Of a stretch of 51,163 nucleotides of DNA, positions 44,581 to 51,163 are shown piece by piece. Position 1 is the first letter of the stretch. Each line of letters starts with the position of its first letter. The stretch is from NCBI GenBank assembly GCA_964519065.1, contig CAZFIF010000001.1, positions 1 through 51,163 of the forward strand. The letters are read 5' to 3'. Source of the stretch: an uncultured Rikenella sp. GTDB taxonomy: Bacteria; Bacteroidota; Bacteroidia; Bacteroidales; VadinHA17. Below the pieces are notes generated by a model, which saw nothing but the letters and a program-made list of their open reading frames with translations, had not been told where the DNA came from and searched no databases. The translations under genes and the position numbers were made by a program.

Positions 44581-47500
44581 ATGGGCAAAATTATTAAAAA
44601 AATCGTCAGGGTACTGCTTACTGTCATTGCGGTGCTTATCATCGTTCCTGCCGTCATCATGCTGCTCCTTCAGGCCCCCAGGGTACAGACCTTCACCGTC
44701 AATCGGGTAACCGCAATACTATCCTCAAAGACCGGGGCGGATATCTCCATCGGGAAAGTATCATACTCCTATTTCAGGAAGGTGCTGCTTGAAGATATCC
44801 TCTTTGAGGACCTGAATGGAGACACACTTCTCGCTGTCCGTAAGGTCAACCTGAGAATCAGGACTTTCAGGCCATCAGATGGTCGTTTCAGTTTCGGCAG
44901 AACGGACCTTCATGATGTCGATTTCCGGATGGTCACCGACACCTCCGGTGTATTGAACCTCACAAGCTACATTGATGCCATCAGTGGAGAGAGGGAACCT
45001 GACAGCACCAGGCAAGTTGACATACGATTCTCTGATATTTACCTTCACAACGGGGCCTACCTTCTGTCCAACAGATCAGACAGCTCAGGCACCACCCCGG
45101 GGCAGGTCAATTTCAGTGACCTCAGGCTGTCAGAGATAAATTCAAGGATCAGGGACCTGAGCATTATCAAAGACTCAGTCAGCATGGTGATCAGGGGTCT
45201 CTCATTTGCCGAGGCCGGAGGTTTCAGTACCGAAAGTCTTGACATGAGCATAAGTATAGCCAGCAATAAGCTATCATTCAGGGATATAAACCTTTTAACC
45301 GATGCCAGCTCTATCATGGCTGACAGGATCATACTGACAGCCCGTGATTCGGCCTCATGGAAAGACTTTGTCAATGAGATCAGATTTGACATGTTGTTTC
45401 ATAGCTCCGATGTTGCCACTCAGGACCTGGCCTGGTTTATCGCACCGTTGAGAGGTGTAAGGGAGACCGTCGCTTTTTCAGGAAGGCTGAATGGCACTGT
45501 GGCCGAGCTGAAGGGGCGTGATATATCCATAAAATACTCGACCTCCACCAGTCTGAATTTCGACTTTGACATTTCGGGTCTTCCATCGATAAATGACAGT
45601 TATCTCTATGTTGATTTCACTGACATGAGTACCACTGCGGCTGATGTTGAGACAGTGGTTGTTCCCGGCAGGGCTCCCATCAGGCTTCCTGAACCGGTGC
45701 ACGGGCTTGGCCTTATCACATATACCGGCAGCTTCAACGGCTTTACAACTGATTTTGTCTCTTTTGGTAAGCTGACAACAGAGAGAGGGAGTATCTCCAC
45801 TGACCTATCGCTTAAGCCTGACGGCAGGAACAGGTTCAGTTTCAAGGGTTTTCTCAGCACGAGCGACTTTGACCTGGGCTATGTCACCGGCAATACCGGG
45901 CTCTTTGGCGGACTCTGGATGCATGCTGATCTGGACGGTTCGATGGAGTCGTTCAGGCATCTTTCTGCCAACATCAGCGGGGTTATTGACAGTGTGGAGA
46001 TCAACTCATACAATTACAGTAATATTGCCGTGGAGGGTAGTTACGGGGACAGTATCTGGGATGGTTCAGTGGCGGTAAGAGACCCGGCAATAGTCATGGA
46101 TCTGATGGGCAGGTTTGATCTTGAGAAGAGCATGCCTGAATTTGATTTCACCATGAATCTGTCGCGCGCCGACCTGCACAGGCTGAACCTGATCAGCAGC
46201 GATACCCTTTTCAATGCTTCCGCGCTCCTCACCGCCAGTTTCAGGGGTAACAGGACCGACAACATCGTGGGAGAGATCAGGCTTATCAATTCTACACTCA
46301 ACAACTCAAACGGACAGTTGAGCATCTACGATTTCCTTGTCAGCGCCCTTCAGGAGGATGGCGAGAATGTTCTGAAGCTCAGAACTGATTTTGCAGATGC
46401 CGAGATACGTGGAAGGTACACCTTCGACGCCATTCCGGCCACGGTGAAGAAGGTACTTGCTGATCTCTATCCATCGCGATTTACGTCAGCAGTGAAGGAG
46501 GATGAGCTTCCGGAGACTGAGCTCACTCTTTCGGCTAACATCAGGAAGATAGACAAGCTCAACAATTTCATGGGAACAGGATTGAGTATAGCTGACGGGA
46601 GCAGGTTGACCGGGAGTCTAAGCTCAGGCCGCTCAGAGATTAGTGTTTCACTGAGGACCGGGGCCATCACATATGGAGGTGTCACGCTTAGCAACATGAA
46701 CCTGTCCGGTTCTGCCTGCGGGGGTCTGATGTCAGTCACCCTGAAAGCTGACACCATGCTTCTGCCTGACAGGTCGGTGCTGGGCAACTTCACCGCTGAA
46801 GCCGGCAGCAATAGCGACACGCTGAACCTGGGCATCCGATGGGATAACAGGGACGGAGGCAGGACTTTCGGGGAGGTGAGTGCCAGGGGATTCTTCAGCC
46901 AGAACGCCATGAACAAGGCCTTCCTTACAGTAAGTCTCCTCCCTACGGCCTTCACCGTTGGCAGTGTACCGTGGAGTGTGAGTCCGGCACGCATCGTTGT
47001 AGACTCAACCACCGCCTGGTTTGACAATATACTTATCAACAGCAGCAACAAATATATCAGGCTTGACGGAAAGATCTCCCGGGAGCCTGAGGAGAGGCTT
47101 ACGCTCACCTTTGAAGGGTTGAACCTCTCATATGTCAATAACCTGGGCAGCAGGGACAGTCGCGGACGGGAAGAACAGAGTCCCGATTCGCCTGAGATGA
47201 AGATCAGGGGTGTTATGGGTGGCTACATCACCCTCTCTGATGTATATGAAAACTTCCTGTTTGAGAGCAATTTCACTGTCCGAGACTTCATGCTCAACAA
47301 AAACAGCTATGGTCTTCTCTCCGTAATGAGCGAGTGGAATCCCCGGGGTAAGGTGGCTGAGATCCATGTCTTCAACGATTATGAAGGATCACGATATTTT
47401 GACATAAGCGGCAGTTATTCACCGTCGTCAAGAGAGGCAGACCTTAATGTCGCAACAAACAGTATGCCCCTTGATGTCATCAATCCGCTGGTAGGCGCAT

Positions 47501-49113
47501 TTGCCTCTGATGTCAAAGGCACAGCCACCGGAGCTATCAGGCTTCAGGGAGGATTGAAGGACTTGATGCTCAGTGGTTCGGTTATGGCCCGGGATGCATC
47601 AATGAAAATCGACTTTCTTCAGACAAGGTACAGTTTCTCAGACAGCATCAGGTTCACTCCCAAAGGTATCCTGTTCAGCAACATCACGATTTATGACGAG
47701 AGAAACAACCAGGGGACAATCAACGGAATGCTCTCACACCGCTCATTCAATGACATTGGCATTTCTCTCGACATCAACATGGAGAAGATGTTGGTACTGA
47801 ACACCCGCTCCAAGGACAGTGAAAGCTTTTACGGTACTGCCTTTGCCAGCGGTTATGCAGGCATAAGGGGCAATGAGGATAAGCTCTCCTTCAATATTTC
47901 AGCACGTACTGCCGGCGGCACGGAGTTTTTTGTCCCTCTGAATTCATCATCGAGCGTCAGTGACTATCCATATATTGTCTTTGCAGACCCTGCCAGCCAT
48001 AAGGTGGCAGCGCAGGATGAGAGGACCATCTTCACCAGGCAGGTCAAGGAGAGCAATCTCGAGCTCAATTTTGACCTTGCGGTGACCCCCGATGCCAGGG
48101 TGCAGCTCATCATGGATGCCACCTCCGGCGGGGTAATAAGGGGTAACGGCTCAGGAAATCTGAATATAAACATGAATTCAAAGGGTGAATTAAGGATGGC
48201 CGGAGATTACGTGATCAGCGACGGTGATTACCTGTTCACCCTTGGTAACATACTCAACAAGCGCTTCGTGGTTGAGGAAGGGGGCACTATTTCCTGGAAC
48301 GGTGCGATTGATGATGCCGTACTGGATCTGAAGGCCATCTACCGCACCAAAGCCTCGCTGGCACCACTATCGTTTGCCTATACGGAGATGGAGAAGTTGA
48401 AGGAGAGGCTGCCCGTGGAGTGTCATCTTCTGCTCTCCGACAAGCTGCTTAATCCGTCCATAAAGTTCGACATATATCTTCCTACTGCCGACGAGGAGAC
48501 CAGGGATTACCTCAGGATGGCCATAGATACGGAAGAAGAGCTCAGCAGGCAGTTTCTGTACCTGCTGGTGATGAACAGCTTCTATACTGACCCTGCCCTT
48601 TACAGTGCATCCAGCGGCGGCAGTGCACAGGTTCCATACAGCCAGGCAGAGACACAGGATGCAACCATCCTGGGCAAAACAACGACAACCGAGATGCTTT
48701 CAAACCAGTTAAGCAACTGGCTCTCGCAGATAAGCAACGATTTTGACATCGGCTTCAATTACAGGCCCGGGGATCAGCTCACCGATGATGAGATTGAAGT
48801 TGCTCTTTCCACGCAGTTGCTGAATGACAGGATCACCCTGAACGGCAACCTGGATGTTGGAGGGGCACAAACCAAGGAATCGACCAGCAAGTTCAGCGGT
48901 GAGTTTACAATTGAGTTCAGGCTTACCGATAAGCTTCGGCTGAAGGTCTTCAACCGTTCGAACAACATTCTTTTCTACCCGGTACACCCATATACGCAGG
49001 GTGCGGGCATCTTTTACAGGCGTGATTTTGACAGGCTGAATGATCTCTTTATTAATCCCAGTGAGCGGAGGAAAAAGATTATCGGGCAACCGGAAGGGAC
49101 CGGGGGCCAATAA
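44581..49113 (+). CDS. tamB: TamB-like translocation and assembly module protein (DUF490 C-terminus), 1510 aa
   Basis: Single N-terminal TM anchor, a very long beta-rich body, and a C-terminal segment typical of TamB/DUF490 (GTISWNG...DLKAIYR...IEFRLTDKLRLKVFNRSN). Confidence 0.8.
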   Translation: MGKIIKKIVRVLLTVIAVLIIVPAVIMLLLQAPRVQTFTVNRVTAILSSKTGADISIGKVSYSYFRKVLLEDILFEDLNGDTLLAVRKVNLRIRTFRPSDGRFSFGRTDLHDVDFRMVTDTSGVLNLTSYIDAISGEREPDSTRQVDIRFSDIYLHNGAYLLSNRSDSSGTTPGQVNFSDLRLSEINSRIRDLSIIKDSVSMVIRGLSFAEAGGFSTESLDMSISIASNKLSFRDINLLTDASSIMADRIILTARDSASWKDFVNEIRFDMLFHSSDVATQDLAWFIAPLRGVRETVAFSGRLNGTVAELKGRDISIKYSTSTSLNFDFDISGLPSINDSYLYVDFTDMSTTAADVETVVVPGRAPIRLPEPVHGLGLITYTGSFNGFTTDFVSFGKLTTERGSISTDLSLKPDGRNRFSFKGFLSTSDFDLGYVTGNTGLFGGLWMHADLDGSMESFRHLSANISGVIDSVEINSYNYSNIAVEGSYGDSIWDGSVAVRDPAIVMDLMGRFDLEKSMPEFDFTMNLSRADLHRLNLISSDTLFNASALLTASFRGNRTDNIVGEIRLINSTLNNSNGQLSIYDFLVSALQEDGENVLKLRTDFADAEIRGRYTFDAIPATVKKVLADLYPSRFTSAVKEDELPETELTLSANIRKIDKLNNFMGTGLSIADGSRLTGSLSSGRSEISVSLRTGAITYGGVTLSNMNLSGSACGGLMSVTLKADTMLLPDRSVLGNFTAEAGSNSDTLNLGIRWDNRDGGRTFGEVSARGFFSQNAMNKAFLTVSLLPTAFTVGSVPWSVSPARIVVDSTTAWFDNILINSSNKYIRLDGKISREPEERLTLTFEGLNLSYVNNLGSRDSRGREEQSPDSPEMKIRGVMGGYITLSDVYENFLFESNFTVRDFMLNKNSYGLLSVMSEWNPRGKVAEIHVFNDYEGSRYFDISGSYSPSSREADLNVATNSMPLDVINPLVGAFASDVKGTATGAIRLQGGLKDLMLSGSVMARDASMKIDFLQTRYSFSDSIRFTPKGILFSNITIYDERNNQGTINGMLSHRSFNDIGISLDINMEKMLVLNTRSKDSESFYGTAFASGYAGIRGNEDKLSFNISARTAGGTEFFVPLNSSSSVSDYPYIVFADPASHKVAAQDERTIFTRQVKESNLELNFDLAVTPDARVQLIMDATSGGVIRGNGSGNLNINMNSKGELRMAGDYVISDGDYLFTLGNILNKRFVVEEGGTISWNGAIDDAVLDLKAIYRTKASLAPLSFAYTEMEKLKERLPVECHLLLSDKLLNPSIKFDIYLPTADEETRDYLRMAIDTEEELSRQFLYLLVMNSFYTDPALYSASSGGSAQVPYSQAETQDATILGKTTTTEMLSNQLSNWLSQISNDFDIGFNYRPGDQLTDDEIEVALSTQLLNDRITLNGNLDVGGAQTKESTSKFSGEFTIEFRLTDKLRLKVFNRSNNILFYPVHPYTQGAGIFYRRDFDRLNDLFINPSERRKKIIGQPEGTGGQ

Positions 49114-49239
49114 CTTATCAACAACAGCCCTTTTTTTCCACCGAAGGTATAATTCGGGTCTGTTTTGGGCGTTTTTTTAATATATTCGCGCGATGATATA
49201 AAAAAGTAAGTCAAACAGTTAACATTTAATAAAAGCACA

Positions 49240-49920
49240 ATGATATTAGCTAACATTTTACTACAGGGAACTGCAGCCACTCCAGCCGCCGAAGAGGCAT
49301 CGATGTCACTGGCTGATCTATACGTGGCCGGTGGCTGGGTGATAGTCATCATCACCTTGCTGTCATTTATTGCTCTTTATATATTCATTGAAAGAGTTCT
49401 TGTCATCCGGAAGGCCTCAAAGGTAGATGCCAACTTCATGAACCGGATCAAGGATTACATGTATGAGGGAAAGGTTGAAGCCGCTCTGCAGCTCTGCAGA
49501 AAGACAGACTCGCCGCAGGCGCGGATGGTGGAGAAGGGCATCACCCGTCTTGGCAGGCCGCTGGCAGATGTCACTGCAGCCATCGAGAATGTCGGCAGGC
49601 TTGAGATTCACAAGCTTGAGAAGAGGTTTCCAACCCTGGCAACCATTGCCGGAGCGGCACCGCTGGTGGGCTTTTTCGGTACAGTGATAGGAATGATAAA
49701 GGCCTTCTATGAGATGTCGCTGGCAGGCAACAGTCTTGATATCAGCACTCTCAGCGGCGGCATCTACGTTGCGCTGATAACCACTGTAGGCGGTCTCATC
49801 CTGGGCATCCTGGCCTACTTTGGGTACAATCTCCTGGTGGTCAGGGTTGAGAACGTGGTTTTCCAGCTGGAGACTACCTCCACGGAGTTCCTGGATATTC
49901 TTAATGAACCTGTAAAGTAA
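49240..49920 (+). CDS. MotA/TolQ/ExbB family proton channel protein
   Basis: 3-TM layout with LATIAGAAPLVGFFGTVIGMI and TTVGGLILGI motifs. Confidence 0.85.
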   Translation: MILANILLQGTAATPAAEEASMSLADLYVAGGWVIVIITLLSFIALYIFIERVLVIRKASKVDANFMNRIKDYMYEGKVEAALQLCRKTDSPQARMVEKGITRLGRPLADVTAAIENVGRLEIHKLEKRFPTLATIAGAAPLVGFFGTVIGMIKAFYEMSLAGNSLDISTLSGGIYVALITTVGGLILGILAYFGYNLLVVRVENVVFQLETTSTEFLDILNEPVK

Positions 49921-49928
49921 AACATCGC

Positions 49929-50321
49929 ATGGCAATAACAACCAAGAATAAGGTCAGCGTAAACTTCAGCAGTGCGGGCATGTCTGATATCGTGTTCCTG
50001 TTGCTGCTGTTCTTCATGCTGACATCGACGCTGGTTCAGCCAACAGCTATCAAGCTGCTGTTGCCGAAGGGTACCACACAGACTTCTGCCCGTCCCATGA
50101 CCACTGTATCCATTACCAGGGACCTGCAGTATTTCATTGAAGACCAGCCCATCCTGCTTGAGAACCTTGAGTCGGCCCTGCAGGCCAAGGTAGGCAGCAA
50201 CCCGGAAATATATGTCTCTCTCCACTCTGACAGGAGTGTTCCTGTTGAGTATGTTGTGAACGTGATGAACATTGCAGCGAAGAACCAATACAAGCTGATA
50301 CTTGCCACAACCCCGAAATAG
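49929..50321 (+). CDS. ExbD/TolR family protein
   Basis: MSDIVFLLLLFFMLTS TM with a conserved acidic residue. ~130 aa. Starts 8 nt after the ExbB-like gene. Confidence 0.85.
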   Translation: MAITTKNKVSVNFSSAGMSDIVFLLLLFFMLTSTLVQPTAIKLLLPKGTTQTSARPMTTVSITRDLQYFIEDQPILLENLESALQAKVGSNPEIYVSLHSDRSVPVEYVVNVMNIAAKNQYKLILATTPK

Positions 50322-51163
50322 CAACCGCGAGCCTCTTTCGAAGGAGAGGAAGCAGGGTCTGGTCATCAGTACTTTGGTACACGTGATACTTGCTCTCCTT
50401 ATTATTTTTATAACCTTCAGGGTTAAGCTGCCCGACACCTCTGAGGAGGGGCTGCTTGTGAATTTTGGTTTTGACGAGACCGGTGAGGGTCTGTATGAAC
50501 CCGCCCCCCAGCCTGTCTCCCCTCCTGTTCCTCCGCCGTCGGCTTCTGACGAGGGTTCTGATGATGCAATACTGACGCAGGACTTTGAGGAGGCTCCGGA
50601 GGTTGTAAAGAAGGAGCCTGATCCTGAAGAGATCAGGAGGCAGGCTGAAGCGCGTGCTGCGCAGATCAGGAGGGAGCAGGAGCTTGAGGCTGAGCGAAAA
50701 AGGATAGAGCAGGAGACGGCTGAGAGGCTGAAGAGGGAGGAAGAGCAGCGGCGTATTGATCAGGCCAATGCCCGTGCCAGGAACGCTTTCGGCAATGCTG
50801 CCAATACGGGCACTGCCGGCCAGAGCGAGGGCGTTGCCGGGGGCGCCGGTAACCAGGGCGTGGAGTCAGGCACCGATGGTGTCCGTACTTACGGCCCCGG
50901 AGGAGGCCAGGGAACCGATGGTGTCACTTTTAGCCTGGGCACCAGAAAAGCCCAATCTCTGGTCCGCCCGCCTTATAAAATCCAACAAGACGGGATCGTT
51001 GTGGTGGCGATTACCGTTGATCGTTCAGGAAAGGTCACTGATGCGATTCCAGGCATTAAAGGATCAACAACACTTGAGGAGAGTCTCCTGAAACTGGCAA
51101 AAGAGGCGGCGCTGCAGACAAGATTTGAGCCCATGAATGATGGCCCGATCATTCAGAAAGGCA
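50302..51163 (+). CDS. TonB/TolA-like energy transducer, 3' end truncated by the window edge
   Basis: Open frame from the stop at 50296-50298 to the window end. It contains a TM anchor (GLVISTLVHVILALLIIFITF), a Pro-rich spacer (PAPQPVSPPVPPPS), an E/R-rich helix and a TonB-C-like end (GIVVVAITVDRSGKVTDAIPGIKGSTT...AKEAALQTRFEP). The only start-like codon upstream of the TM is TTG 50302, so the start is uncertain. It is missing from the ORF track because no stop lies inside the window. Confidence 0.65.
   Translation, partial: MPQPRNSNREPLSKERKQGLVISTLVHVILALLIIFITFRVKLPDTSEEGLLVNFGFDETGEGLYEPAPQPVSPPVPPPSASDEGSDDAILTQDFEEAPEVVKKEPDPEEIRRQAEARAAQIRREQELEAERKRIEQETAERLKREEEQRRIDQANARARNAFGNAANTGTAGQSEGVAGGAGNQGVESGTDGVRTYGPGGGQGTDGVTFSLGTRKAQSLVRPPYKIQQDGIVVVAITVDRSGKVTDAIPGIKGSTTLEESLLKLAKEAALQTRFEPMNDGPIIQKG

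Noticed and set aside
3987-44660. N-terminal extensions in the ORF track at 5622, 14820(-), 17418, 20301, 28191, 35631, 36922, 42938 and 44660(-)
   Set aside because: Eight of the nine begin at GTG or TTG; I did not check the codon at 44660. The added residues lack homology or signal features. Downstream ATGs give canonical N-termini or signal peptides, and several create typical ATGA or TGATG junctions. The case at 3987 stays open and is reported as a finding.
46467-47138. 223-aa ORF on the - strand inside tamB
   Set aside because: It is Ser/Leu/Pro-rich and antisense to a continuous 1510-aa ORF with a TamB-like C-terminus. No independent evidence supports it.
49815-50438. 207-aa ORF on the - strand across the exbB end, exbD and the TonB-like start
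   Set aside because: It lies opposite three well-supported + strand genes, its composition is odd, and it has no motif.
50756-51091. 111-aa + strand ORF listed in the track
   Set aside because: It is out of frame with the TonB-like reading frame that spans the same DNA. The translation is Ala/Pro/Arg-rich and looks like a frame artefact of a GC-rich Gly/Ala-coding stretch.
1-51163. Search by eye for CRISPR repeats, tRNA/rRNA, IS elements, integrases, phage genes or an obvious horizontally acquired island
   Set aside because: I saw no regularly spaced direct repeats, cloverleaf-like segments, transposase or integrase motifs, or flanking direct repeats. The lower-GC stretches (the ABC-2 permease, the coiled-coil genes) are explained by amino-acid composition. 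I could not run a formal tRNA, CRISPR or compositional scan.

Overview
The window looks like a chromosomal segment of a Bacteroidota-type bacterium. That assignment is an inference from DUF3078/DUF4197/DUF4230-like proteins, lipoprotein-type signal peptides, a divergent tsaD-tamB pair, and TAnnTTTG -7 promoter motifs in intergenic gaps.

I support 44 protein-coding genes, 2 of them truncated by the window edges. 41 are on the + strand; only an M81 peptidase, a ZIP transporter and tsaD are on the - strand. By eye I found no rRNA, tRNA, CRISPR array, transposase, integrase or phage genes.

Gene content falls into five themes:
- Peptidase-like hydrolases are unusually dense: an S58/DmpA-like tail, four S12 beta-lactamase-fold hydrolases (one tandem pair), an M81/MlrC-like lipoprotein and an S51 cyanophycinase-like protein.
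- Glycan and amino-sugar genes: GH95, a DUF2233 phosphodiester glycosidase, a GH38-like protein, then a tight string of PrsW-like protease, NagA, sugar kinase, MFS, SIS, URO-D/MtaA-like protein and patatin.
- A putative steroid or isoprenoid A-ring reductase cluster: an SDR with DUF2867, a 3beta-HSD-like extended SDR, an SRD5A-like reductase and an unknown membrane protein.
- A GNAT-HDAC fusion protein.
- Housekeeping and envelope genes: upp, nucleoside permease, ZIP, tsaD, tamB, ExbB/ExbD/TonB-like.

The best candidates for something undescribed are the amino-sugar operon carrying an MtaA-type Zn-motif URO-D family protein with a UPF0309 SIS protein, the SRD5A-centred membrane cluster, and the GNAT-deacetylase fusion. 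All functional calls rest on motif and family recognition by eye. No database search was run.
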